64,000 nucleotides of DNA, from the IMG/VR virus record IMGVR_UViG_3300011113_000640, positions 1-64,000 of that record; one strand, written 5' to 3'. Below the pieces are notes generated by a model. The model was not told the origin of the DNA. It saw only the letters and a program-made list of their open reading frames with translations, and searched no databases. The translations under genes and the position numbers were made by a program. This document shows, in pieces, positions 45,244-54,053 of the stretch (its first letter is position 1; every line of letters begins with the position of its first letter).

Positions 45244-45444
45244 TCACTTGCGACCCCAGGCAATATGTGCCCAAAGACGATCATACAGGTAGTAGGATGT
45301 CATCCAAACACAGTTGATGATGATGGTGGGAATAAGAGCCTCTGTCATGCTTTGACCTGTGACCAACAACATCACATAGGTGCTGAGGATCACCCAGCAC
45401 CTGTAGATCAAAGTTTTGACAAGAGTCCTTGTTCGTGTTTCCAA
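45244..45444 (-). CDS. Small membrane protein, DUF2061-like
   Basis: ETRTRTLVKTLIYR..YYLYDRLWAHIAWG. Confidence 0.7.
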   Translation of the reverse strand: METRTRTLVKTLIYRCWVILSTYVMLLVTGQSMTEALIPTIIINCVWMTSYYLYDRLWAHIAWGRK

Positions 45445-45446
45445 GA

Positions 45447-45884
45447 TTACTGATCGGCCTTGTGAGCTGCCAAAGTCTTGGTGAACTTGTTGGCGTGTGA
45501 GCGTTCTGCCTTGGCCAGGGTCTCAAACCAGTCAGCGATTTCGTCAAAGCCTTCGTCACGTGCTTCCTTGGCCATGCCAGGATACATGTCACTGTATTCA
45601 TGGGTCTCGCCATGGATAGCAGCTTCAAGAGCTTCTGCAACGGTCTTGGCGCTCATGCCTGTACCTGGCTCGCCAGCACCACCAGTGATCAAATACTCCA
45701 TGTGACCATGGGCATGACCTGTTTCACCTTCAGCAGTTGAGCGGAATACACTTGCTACATCTGGTGCACCTGCTACGTCGGCCATGTTTGCGAAATACAA
45801 ATAACGACGATTTGCCTGGCTCTCGCCCGAAAATGCCGCTTTCAAGTTTTCTTCTGTGCGTGTTCCTTTTACGCTTTTTGCCAT
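45447..45884 (-). CDS. Rubrerythrin (short form without rubredoxin domain)
   Basis: [39 protein letters not shown] di-iron motifs. Confidence 0.93.
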   Translation of the reverse strand: MAKSVKGTRTEENLKAAFSGESQANRRYLYFANMADVAGAPDVASVFRSTAEGETGHAHGHMEYLITGGAGEPGTGMSAKTVAEALEAAIHGETHEYSDMYPGMAKEARDEGFDEIADWFETLAKAERSHANKFTKTLAAHKADQ

Positions 45885-46050
45885 TTGTTTTCTCCTTTGA
45901 AATTAGTGATACTACTGATTAATAGTATAACATTATTTAAACTATAAGTCGAGTGGATTTAATTAAATTTTTCTATTCTGTCCTGAATATATTTTTATAG
46001 GTATATTTGAATCGGTAAGTATTCGAGCAAGGCAACTCAGTAAGGCAACC

Positions 46051-47724
46051 ATGAACAGCAGATACGACGAACTAGAAATCCTAATCTCAAAATTTACACG
46101 ACCACTCCCCGATCTTCCAGCATACGCCCAGCGTCTTGAAGAAGAATTAGAAATCATAGCCAATCTTAACTTCGCAAAACATTTTTTGCGTGTGAGAGAA
46201 ATCCTGGATCTCACCCGCGACATACCACACATCACCCGAGGATCAGCCGGAAGCAGTCTGCTATGCTGGCTCATGGGCATTTCAGATGTGGATCCCATAG
46301 CTGAACGCATACCCTTGTCAAGGTTCATGAATCCCAAGCGAGATGACCTTCCCGACATTGATCTAGACTTTCCACACTGGCAACAGGAAACTGTGATGAA
46401 CAGAATATTCCGGCGGTGGCCTGGGCAGAGTGCCAGAGTATCAAACTATGTGATGTATAAAGAAAAATCAGCCCGGCGTGAAGCTGCCAAACGCATGGGG
46501 GCCAAAGGCAAATTAAAACGTAATTTTAAATTTGAAGAAGTAGTTCCGGACTATGTGGAAGATGCTGAACGACTCACACAAAAACTCCTGGGCAAGAAAC
46601 GTTGCATATCCAAACACTGTGGTGGCATCTTGATCTTTGACCGTGCAGTGCCTAAAAGTTTAATCAATGGCACCAACCAAATACTCTTGGACAAGTATGA
46701 GATAGAAGATCTCGAACATTTTAAAATAGACATCCTAGCCAATCGCGGACTCAGCCAGCTGTGGGAAATAGAGGAGCGAGACCTGCTGGACTATCCTGAA
46801 TACGATGAGGCTACAGCAGAACTTTTGTGTCGCGGCGATGTGTTGGGTGTAACACAAGCAGAAAGCCCAGCCATGAAAAGACTAGTAAAAGCCATCAAGC
46901 CTAAAAGTCGTAGTGACTGTGTGCTGGCCACGGCACTCATACGTCCTGTGGCTACCATGGGTCGCAGACGTGCTAGTGCTTTCCAAGACTGGTCAACGGA
47001 TCAGCTACAGGATACCATAGTGTTTGAGGATGATGCCATAGAGCTGATCTCGGAAATCCTGGGTTGTGATCAATACACCGCGGACATGTGGCGCAGAGCC
47101 TTTGCCAAGAAAGATGAAGAAAAGATCTTTGAGTTTATGGTGCTTGTGGGTGACCATCCCAAGAAAGAAGAAATATTCCTAGCTCTGCGTGAACTCAGTC
47201 ACTTTGGCCTGTGTAGGGCACATGCCATAAATCTTGGTAGACTGATCTGGGCCTTGGCCTACCAAAAAGCACACAATCCTGAAGCGTTCTGGCGTGCGGC
47301 CCTGAAACACTGCCAAGGATCGTATGCTCGCTGGGTCTACTGGCAAGAAGCCAAGCTGGCCGGTGCTGTGCCTGCTATCATCGAGGGCGGCGAAGTGGCC
47401 GAACTGAGAACCAATGGTCGTTGGAGCAGTCGAAGGTTTATTCCGGCCTGCCAAGAACGTCGTGGCCCGGGCACGGTGGAGTTCTGTGGACTCGTGGCCA
47501 ACTATAGGGTGTTTAAGGCCGACAAAAAGAAATACATAACATTTGTTACACTGGGCACCGGCAATGGTCGATATTTGGATGTGATTGTGCCGCATGCGAT
47601 TTCGTTCCATGATCAACCAATCTTGTGGGGTCAGGGCAAATTGGGGTATAAAAATAATTCGGAATATGTTACAGTGTATAAACACAAGCGTCTAGACTTA
47701 AAGGACATAGAACACTATCAATGA
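46051..47724 (+). CDS. Compact DnaE-like (Pol III alpha family) DNA polymerase lacking the PHP domain
   Basis: TRGSAGSS, RFMNPKRDDLPDIDLDF, KHCGG, FKIDIL, QAESP, ALIRP, CRAHA; OB-like C-terminus. Confidence 0.85.
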   Translation: MNSRYDELEILISKFTRPLPDLPAYAQRLEEELEIIANLNFAKHFLRVREILDLTRDIPHITRGSAGSSLLCWLMGISDVDPIAERIPLSRFMNPKRDDLPDIDLDFPHWQQETVMNRIFRRWPGQSARVSNYVMYKEKSARREAAKRMGAKGKLKRNFKFEEVVPDYVEDAERLTQKLLGKKRCISKHCGGILIFDRAVPKSLINGTNQILLDKYEIEDLEHFKIDILANRGLSQLWEIEERDLLDYPEYDEATAELLCRGDVLGVTQAESPAMKRLVKAIKPKSRSDCVLATALIRPVATMGRRRASAFQDWSTDQLQDTIVFEDDAIELISEILGCDQYTADMWRRAFAKKDEEKIFEFMVLVGDHPKKEEIFLALRELSHFGLCRAHAINLGRLIWALAYQKAHNPEAFWRAALKHCQGSYARWVYWQEAKLAGAVPAIIEGGEVAELRTNGRWSSRRFIPACQERRGPGTVEFCGLVANYRVFKADKKKYITFVTLGTGNGRYLDVIVPHAISFHDQPILWGQGKLGYKNNSEYVTVYKHKRLDLKDIEHYQ

Positions 47725-48029
47725 AACCCACAGGAAGATTACACATTTATCCACCCACCGGTCCCAGAGGCACCGGTTACATAGTAGCAGACAAGACGGC
47801 CTTACGGGGTTTGGCACAAGCGGCGCAGACAGCAAGTGCAGGTAATTTTGGATTTGAAACTATAAAATTATACAGTGCCGACGGTCATGAATATGAGCTG
47901 GTGGTTACATCAGCTGTGGGCGAAGAAGAATGGCAGACCATGGAAAGCCATTATGCCAAGGATGTGGTGCCTACCGTTGTCACCATCCAAGACTATCAGG
48001 ATCTAAAGCAAGAGCTCAAGGTTTCTTGA
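47721..48029 (+). CDS. Hypothetical protein coupled to the dnaE-like gene
   Basis: ATGA overlap. Confidence 0.65.
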   Translation: MKPTGRLHIYPPTGPRGTGYIVADKTALRGLAQAAQTASAGNFGFETIKLYSADGHEYELVVTSAVGEEEWQTMESHYAKDVVPTVVTIQDYQDLKQELKVS

Positions 48030-49077
48030 CGCCGATGTATTCGTGCGAATAGCACACACGATCAGCATCTCTACGGGCGATTTCAGCATTACCACCATAG
48101 CCAGGCATGGCTCTAATGCTGCCATCCTTGAGTAGATAACTGCTTTTTCGACTTTTCCGATTGGTTGATGTTGCACGCCATAGCGGACTCTTTTCTCTAT
48201 GTTCACCAAAGCTGGGATGAGCAGTTTTTGAAAAATATCTGTAGCCGCGATCCACATACATCTGTGCTATGGCATCACTGAAAGCTGTGCCTATGCCCAG
48301 GCCCTGGAACTCGGGCAACACCACGGTCCTGTGTCCACGCCAATAACTATGTATGTCACGGTTGGTACTGTGTATGGCCGCATGGAATGCCACGGGTTTG
48401 TCACCAATCAAGCCCACATAGCAGTGGACGCTACGGCTCATTCTAGTGTCTAGATAGTGATACTTAGAAAAACTTCGCCACATTTCTGGACCTGTGCCGC
48501 GGATGGTGAGGGTAATCGGTGGTCGTCGCCCCAGTCGATGAAGTAGCCTCCGATTATCTAATACCTGTAGGTCGGTATCGTACACCCAGTCTGGATCCAA
48601 CCAGTCTATTATGTCTCTGTGGCAACTAGCAATATACAACACGCCAGGATTCTTATTGAACCATTGTCGCACACTGTAGGCCAAGCTCTTGGCTGTGTCG
48701 CGATCCACCACACTTGTAAATTCATCTATGCAAGTAATGCCTTGATCCAAGGCCATGGCCATTTCAAATCTGTGATATTCACCATTGCTGAGTGTGCCCG
48801 GAGTGCGGAACCAAGCAGGTATGCTTCGCAAGCCCGAGGCTAGGAGCAATTCTTCACCACGTTCTGGTGTAGAGAAGTTTTCAATCACAGTAGAGCACGG
48901 ACTTGTGGTCACAGCCTGATTGTGATCCAGGTTGCGTAGGATCGTGCTCTTGCCTGATCCTGACGTGCCCACGATCAGCACTAGGCCTTCTTCGGGCAGG
49001 TCAGGTATGGTCACAGGCGTTTCCACATAGTCCTTGATGTCGTATCGGGTGCGTATGGTTTCTAAGTAGTTGCTCAT
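48016..49077 (-). CDS. ABC-type ATPase fused to GNAT acetyltransferase
   Basis: GTSGSGKS, LSNGE, IDEF, ASCH; C-terminal RTVVLPEFQGLGIG. Confidence 0.85.
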   Translation of the reverse strand: MSNYLETIRTRYDIKDYVETPVTIPDLPEEGLVLIVGTSGSGKSTILRNLDHNQAVTTSPCSTVIENFSTPERGEELLLASGLRSIPAWFRTPGTLSNGEYHRFEMAMALDQGITCIDEFTSVVDRDTAKSLAYSVRQWFNKNPGVLYIASCHRDIIDWLDPDWVYDTDLQVLDNRRLLHRLGRRPPITLTIRGTGPEMWRSFSKYHYLDTRMSRSVHCYVGLIGDKPVAFHAAIHSTNRDIHSYWRGHRTVVLPEFQGLGIGTAFSDAIAQMYVDRGYRYFSKTAHPSFGEHREKSPLWRATSTNRKSRKSSYLLKDGSIRAMPGYGGNAEIARRDADRVCYSHEYIGVKKP

Positions 49078-49637
49078 AATACAAGATGTTCAAAGTAATT
49101 GTAATGCTTTTCTAGAGTCCATGTCAATGGATCAACAGCCGTTCCGTCATGTGTTTGATATGTTGCTTGAAACACATTGGTATAGCGCAGAAACGGCAAC
49201 CACATGTTGGGAGTTTTGGCTGCCCAACCAGCATCTTTGAGTGCCATGTGTTTGGCACGGCTCAATCTCACTGTGGGCGCATTGAGAGCTTGATCAACTG
49301 TGATACAATCGGCCAGCAATAAGTCACGAATCCTAGCCGCCGGAATCAAGTGTTCAAAATCGCACTCGTCGTCGGCCCCAATTTCGTGATAGTGTGCTTT
49401 CATGCCATCACGCTGCTGGATACAGTATTCGTGATATCTGCGCAGGCTGTCATCGATGTCGTTGCGAATTTCGCGCAGGAGTTGTTGATCATTTTCCACG
49501 GCATGATATTCGTTGACAAATTGACCTAGCTTGCCACGACAACGATTGGCCACGGTTCGATAAGTTTCGGGACTGCGTTGGGTCTTGCCGTAGACCGGAG
49601 CTACAAATTTTTCAAGCGATTCTTTTAACTGGTTCAT
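49074..49637 (-). CDS. Hypothetical protein with EHxxP (possible HNH/DUF1524-like) motif
   Basis: CDFEHLIPA...NAPTVRLS...H. Confidence 0.55.
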   Translation of the reverse strand: MNQLKESLEKFVAPVYGKTQRSPETYRTVANRCRGKLGQFVNEYHAVENDQQLLREIRNDIDDSLRRYHEYCIQQRDGMKAHYHEIGADDECDFEHLIPAARIRDLLLADCITVDQALNAPTVRLSRAKHMALKDAGWAAKTPNMWLPFLRYTNVFQATYQTHDGTAVDPLTWTLEKHYNYFEHLVL

Positions 49638-50097
49638 GGTATTCTTCCTCGTCGTTGTCGGATTCTAGAAAATTAAACATTCGATGAAACGCTTCAGTCT
49701 TTTGAATCTGATTGTTTAGTGATTTTTTAATTCTTTGACCATTTATCTTGTGCTTTTGATTGTTGTAATCTCCAGATCTGCGTCCTTTGTGTTTGTGACA
49801 CATTGGGCATAATTCATCTAAGTTATCAGGATTGTTGTTTTCTCGGTCACCGTCTTTGTGATCAACTTCGGTCATTCCTACAGCCCAAGGAGATTTTTCA
49901 TAGTCAATGCAACATGGAAATCCCAAATGACCATCATGGTTGCTACATTTACCTTGTTTCCAAGGTGTTACTCCAGGTGCATGTGCATGCTTGCCGTAAC
50001 TGGCCCCTTGACAATGTCCGCAATGAACTCTCCAACGTTTTCCATCATGTGCTTGCGGCTTTCCACAACCAGGATTAATACATATTCCTCTGGACAC
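49612..50097 (-). CDS. HNH endonuclease
   Basis: EVDHKDGDRENNNPDNLDELCPMCH and CxxC pairs. Confidence 0.85.
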   Translation of the reverse strand: MSRGICINPGCGKPQAHDGKRWRVHCGHCQGASYGKHAHAPGVTPWKQGKCSNHDGHLGFPCCIDYEKSPWAVGMTEVDHKDGDRENNNPDNLDELCPMCHKHKGRRSGDYNNQKHKINGQRIKKSLNNQIQKTEAFHRMFNFLESDNDEEEYHEPVKRIA

Positions 50098-50098
50098 A

Positions 50099-51157
50099 TT
50101 ATTCTCCTTGTGGAAACAGACCAGGAGCTACATTGCCATCAACAATACCAACCTTGGCACCTTCACCATGATACGGAAGATTCAATTGGCCACCGTTGCG
50201 TAGGTGCATCTCACGCAGGAAGTTGCTCATGGCAGTAGGAGCTACCCACCCTGCACCTGGATGACTGTGTTCCCATTGAATTTTTGCTTTGGCATGAATT
50301 AAGTGACTGCTTTTAAAAGTAGTCTTCGCAGATTCCAATAAAGTTTTCATCCAACCATCAGGCAATTTGCCACGAGAATTTGTGTTGTTTAATCGTTGCA
50401 ATTCACACAGGCCAATAAACACACCTTGATCAATTTCTTCTTGTAAGGGAAACACTGTTTTTATAGCATCCAGTATGGCATACAAAATCTTGCCGGATTC
50501 GTCAATTTCAATACCTTTGTATGCGTACTTGAAATGACTAAAGAAGTAATCATGATCGCCGCGTAAATTATCGCTGGACCGGGAACCTTTGTCTTGCAGG
50601 TCGATTTGTAAATTATCAAATTGATCTTGCAAGGTGCGAGCACACACATTACGACTTTCTCGACTGCCATTTTTGTAACGAACCAAAGCGTTACGATGCA
50701 AATCTCCTGGACCCAAACGCTTTACACCAGTGTCATTGAGCATTTCAAATGCCAGGCTAGCAAAGTTGGGATCATCGGTATGAACCACTGCTCCGGGAAT
50801 TTCTGTATAGCCTAAAATGGTGGCCGAAATGGTTCTGTGCTGACCATCGTAGGTATCGTTACGATCGCGATCTTTCAAACGACAAGCCGACACAGGACTA
50901 CAAATTCTAGGATCCCAGTTCTTCATGATACTGATAATGTGTTTGTGCAAGACATCTCGTTGGACTTCATAGTCAATCCAAAGATCGTCGATAGGAACCA
51001 TTTTTGATTCGGGAAAGTTGTATCCCAGAGTGTGTTTGGCTTGAGCTTGTACACGGAAAGAATCAAGTTCTCGTTGCGTGATGTTGTAGTGGGCCTTGAT
51101 TTGCTTTTCAACTTCCGCGGCCACGTCGGTGAGTTTTCTTGTGAGGCGTTGTGCCAT
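50099..51157 (-). CDS. ParB/Srx-fold DGQHR-motif protein
   Basis: YEVQR, YDGQHRT, FEMLND. Confidence 0.7.
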   Translation of the reverse strand: MAQRLTRKLTDVAAEVEKQIKAHYNITQRELDSFRVQAQAKHTLGYNFPESKMVPIDDLWIDYEVQRDVLHKHIISIMKNWDPRICSPVSACRLKDRDRNDTYDGQHRTISATILGYTEIPGAVVHTDDPNFASLAFEMLNDTGVKRLGPGDLHRNALVRYKNGSRESRNVCARTLQDQFDNLQIDLQDKGSRSSDNLRGDHDYFFSHFKYAYKGIEIDESGKILYAILDAIKTVFPLQEEIDQGVFIGLCELQRLNNTNSRGKLPDGWMKTLLESAKTTFKSSHLIHAKAKIQWEHSHPGAGWVAPTAMSNFLREMHLRNGGQLNLPYHGEGAKVGIVDGNVAPGLFPQGE

Positions 51158-51242
51158 TTTACATCCTTTCATAGCAGTCCTAGGACTGTCGGTTAATAAA
51201 CAGCCGCCAATTTCCTAATTTTAAATTGGCTAGCTAATAGTA

Positions 51243-51271
51243 ATTATACTATAAATACCAGACTTTGTCAA
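51243..51271 (-). promoter_or_regulatory. sigma70-type promoter TTGACA-17-TATAAT
   Basis: Perfect consensus. Confidence 0.8.
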
Positions 51272-51277
51272 TCACTT

Positions 51278-51297
51278 ATGTTAGTGCGCACTAACAT
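51278..51297. promoter_or_regulatory. Perfect 20-bp palindrome ATGTTAGTGCGCACTAACAT upstream of the -35 box
   Basis: Seen directly; same offset as 40722-40737. Confidence 0.65.
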
Positions 51298-51528
51298 AAT
51301 GCTCTGCGTCCCCCGGTGGTTACTATAGTAGAAATCCGTGCTGTAATCCAATGACAGCACATCTTGGTTGCCCGATAGGGCTCAGCAAGACTGCAATCTC
51401 TACCTCACCATCCACTCCACGACAGGGACCGTTCACGCATTGCCAGCGGCCTTTGGGTCGGAAGACTACCACCCGTGGTAGCTACTCCACTTCAATCGTC
51501 CGGGTCAGACTAGTTCCTGCTACAGAAC
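51298..51528 (-). ncRNA. Candidate ~230-nt multi-stem structured RNA
   Basis: Nested stems GTCCCT/GGGGAC, GTAGAGAT/ATTTCTAC, TCTTG/CAAGA, CCC/GGG, GTGCTGT/ACAGCAC and CTACCA/TGGTAG. G-U pairs favour the minus strand. Confidence 0.5.
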
Positions 51529-51537
51529 ACGTTACTG

Positions 51538-51855
51538 TCAAACTATGACCGAGTCAGTGACTCGATCACTGTAAATCTTTGTGCCATGAGCTCTGACGAA
51601 ATCCACCATGGCCTGTGGTGTGGTTTCAAACATTCCACGCACCTGTGTGAGTCCATGATCGCCTGAGTCAAAAGTGTAGATCTCATAGTGCCTTTGGCTG
51701 TTGAACTGTGCTCGTAGCTTCAGCATGTCAACACTGAATCCTGGCGTGTATTTCTTGCCATTGAGTTCGGCCCACATGCACTTTTTTTCTTCCTCAGTGA
51801 TGTCGATCACGCACTCTAGACCTTCGCTACACCACATGGCTAGTATCCGGCTCAA
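51538..51855 (-). CDS. Hypothetical protein
   Basis: ORF in a tightly packed run. Confidence 0.65.
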   Translation of the reverse strand: MSRILAMWCSEGLECVIDITEEEKKCMWAELNGKKYTPGFSVDMLKLRAQFNSQRHYEIYTFDSGDHGLTQVRGMFETTPQAMVDFVRAHGTKIYSDRVTDSVIV

Positions 51856-52046
51856 TGTACGGTATCTCCACCATCCACCCCCCAGAATACACTGTCACCA
51901 CGATCCCAGCGTTCCTGCATGGTCTTTTCCATCACAGCTTGTTGAACTAAGACCAGGACTTCATCCACTTCGCTTTTGGTCAGCATGCTTTCAGGCAGTT
52001 TGCCCTCCAGCACAGCCATCACAATCATTTCACGTTCTGGAGTCAT
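51852..52046 (-). CDS. Hypothetical protein
   Basis: ORF in a tightly packed run. Confidence 0.6.
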   Translation of the reverse strand: MTPEREMIVMAVLEGKLPESMLTKSEVDEVLVLVQQAVMEKTMQERWDRGDSVFWGVDGGDTVH

Positions 52047-52218
52047 TTTCCGTCCTTGAGAATCTAAATGTAAAAGCTTCGGCCAAGCAACGATAGTAAG
52101 TGTTACTTCCTACACGCCAGTATTCCACCCAGGTTTCAGCACCATTGGTGGTCACAGCGTCAATCTCAAACTCTTGTCCTTGATGGTCTCGCCAACGACT
52201 ACCTACTGACAGTTGCAT
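52030..52218 (-). CDS. Hypothetical protein
   Basis: ORF in a tightly packed run. Confidence 0.6.
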   Translation of the reverse strand: MQLSVGSRWRDHQGQEFEIDAVTTNGAETWVEYWRVGSNTYYRCLAEAFTFRFSRTENDSRT

Positions 52219-52610
52219 TTCATCAACCTTTCATTTCGTATCCGGTTCCATGATTCGTCCAGGTCGGCTCTGAATATCTTGTCAAACAATTTGTCGCTGA
52301 TGTCCCATCCGCCGATTTCCGAGGTGCCATCCCACCAATAGTAGTCCACTGTCCAGCGTGGCAAGCGTGTCATGGTGGCATCACCATCGTGCAAGGCCGG
52401 CATGCCACGCCACTGCAACATCAACCTATCCACCACTTCGGTCCAGTACCAACGTGCCCAGTCTGTCTTGGCCGAAGCCAGGGCCGCACGGGCCGCATCC
52501 AGTCTAGTGCCCAGGGCTTCCATTTCCATGCCCAGGAATCGCCAGTTGCGTAGATCTGTGCGATTGGGTTGGAACTCTATGGGTTGGGTCGTAGTAAAAA
52601 TATTGTTCAT
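52203..52610 (-). CDS. Hypothetical protein
   Basis: First gene after a sigma70 promoter. Confidence 0.65.
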   Translation of the reverse strand: MNNIFTTTQPIEFQPNRTDLRNWRFLGMEMEALGTRLDAARAALASAKTDWARWYWTEVVDRLMLQWRGMPALHDGDATMTRLPRWTVDYYWWDGTSEIGGWDISDKLFDKIFRADLDESWNRIRNERLMKCNCQ

Positions 52611-52615
52611 AATGT

Positions 52616-52644
52616 ATTATACCATAAAAGTCGTTAATGGTCAA
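52616..52644 (-). promoter_or_regulatory. sigma70-type promoter TTGACC-17-TATAAT
   Basis: Near-consensus. Confidence 0.75.
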
Positions 52645-53394
52645 TCACGCCTTTTGTAATCCAGACACATTGACCCGATTGGCCTGTTCTCGGGGCATGC
52701 ACAGCATGTTTTGGTAATCTACAATGTAATAATCATAATCTGAAACCGAGCACAGAGCTTGTTTGATTGGTTCCGCTCCGGTAATAAAATATTCCACCCA
52801 GATCCAAGGTCGGTGTTTCTTGATAGTGGCAATAGCACCGGTTAGTGCCGGAACTTCATAACCTTCTACGTCTAGCTTGAAAAAATCTAGTCTAGGTAGA
52901 TCCATGGCATCGATACTGGTAACATCAACCACACGATCATTCATCCACCCATGTTCGTTAACAGTGGTTTCATCACTCAGTGACACAGTACCAAAATCTT
53001 GCGCCATGCTGTAGTCCACTGCGGGTAGTTGTGCAATGCCAGGTTCTGTACCAAGTCCACAGTTGTGTAGATAAACATGCCGATATCCGTTGATGGCTAA
53101 ACTGCCACCAAGTGCTTGAAATAGTTGACGTTGTGGTTCAAATGAGATAATTCTTGTACCACGACCTTGTGTCCTATGGGCAACCGGCACAGTAAAAAAT
53201 CCAATGTTGGCACCGCCATCAACAACAACAGCGTCATTGGGCAAGGTATCAACAATAGCAAAAATATTGTTTAATTCCGGTTCGATATGAGTACGACCCG
53301 TTTTGACCAAGGCCTCGGCCTGGAACAAACAAGTTCTGGCTACGATAAATTTTCCATAAACACTGTCTAGGACCACAAAATTGTCTATGTTCAT
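52645..53394 (-). CDS. FkbM family methyltransferase
   Basis: VVDGGANIG, SFEPQ, FFKLDVEGYE, WVE. Confidence 0.9.
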   Translation of the reverse strand: MNIDNFVVLDSVYGKFIVARTCLFQAEALVKTGRTHIEPELNNIFAIVDTLPNDAVVVDGGANIGFFTVPVAHRTQGRGTRIISFEPQRQLFQALGGSLAINGYRHVYLHNCGLGTEPGIAQLPAVDYSMAQDFGTVSLSDETTVNEHGWMNDRVVDVTSIDAMDLPRLDFFKLDVEGYEVPALTGAIATIKKHRPWIWVEYFITGAEPIKQALCSVSDYDYYIVDYQNMLCMPREQANRVNVSGLQKA

Positions 53395-53395
53395 A

Positions 53396-53662
53396 CTAAG
53401 ACCATTTCATCAGGAACGCCAAGTAATCACGCTCGTCGTCAAAATAAAATATGTAACGTCCGGGTTTGATATCATTACTCATCTCCAAGAGTTGCCAGCG
53501 CCATTCACCACGCAATTCGACCTTGCACCAGTTCAGTACATGCTCAATTACTCCAAAGGGTTTGACGATCTCGTGAGCATGGTCAAAACTATCTTTGTCA
53601 CGCATCCAGTCCATGGGTGGTAACTGTTTACAAGATACTGCTTTGCGTCTAAGCTGGGTCAT
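53396..53662 (-). CDS. Hypothetical protein
   Basis: C-terminal YIFYFDDERDYLAFLMKW, similar to the C-termini of 54050-54271 and 44938-45243. Confidence 0.65.
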   Translation of the reverse strand: MTQLRRKAVSCKQLPPMDWMRDKDSFDHAHEIVKPFGVIEHVLNWCKVELRGEWRWQLLEMSNDIKPGRYIFYFDDERDYLAFLMKWS

Positions 53663-54053
53663 AGATCAAGCGATTCAAACGCTGTCGAGGTATGTTCCAA
53701 AAGTCATAACTTTCCACTATGTCACGCACATAACCCGAACCCGGTGTGCCGGTCTTGGGGTCATTCATTTCGTAGAAGAAAAACTGCACACCATCCTGTA
53801 TCCAGGTGCGCTTGGTGTAATAATATGGAAATCCTTCAAATCTATCCAGGGCCTGTTCACACTCGGCGGTGAGACTCCACAACACTCCAGCACACTCACT
53901 ACCTGGACGAGGTTCGATGGTGGCATGGCAATAGAATTTCAGTTCCCAGTCACGCAATATAAATGCTCCTTGGGCCTGTGCCTGCGGACAACGCCAGTGC
54001 ATCTGTCCCGGGTGCATGTTGGCACCATAAGCAAAATACAAATTTTCCATCAT
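53649..54053 (-). CDS. Gamma-glutamylcyclotransferase-like protein
   Basis: YFAYGANM, GVLW, LDRFEG..YY, P...Y. Confidence 0.85.
   Translation of the reverse strand: MMENLYFAYGANMHPGQMHWRCPQAQAQGAFILRDWELKFYCHATIEPRPGSECAGVLWSLTAECEQALDRFEGFPYYYTKRTWIQDGVQFFFYEMNDPKTGTPGSGYVRDIVESYDFWNIPRQRLNRLIYDPA

Noticed and set aside
45930-46050. LexA (SOS) box or OxyR site between rubrerythrin and the dnaE-like gene
   Set aside because: There is no CTGT-N8-ACAG, and only partial ATAG/CTAT words in generally AT-rich DNA.
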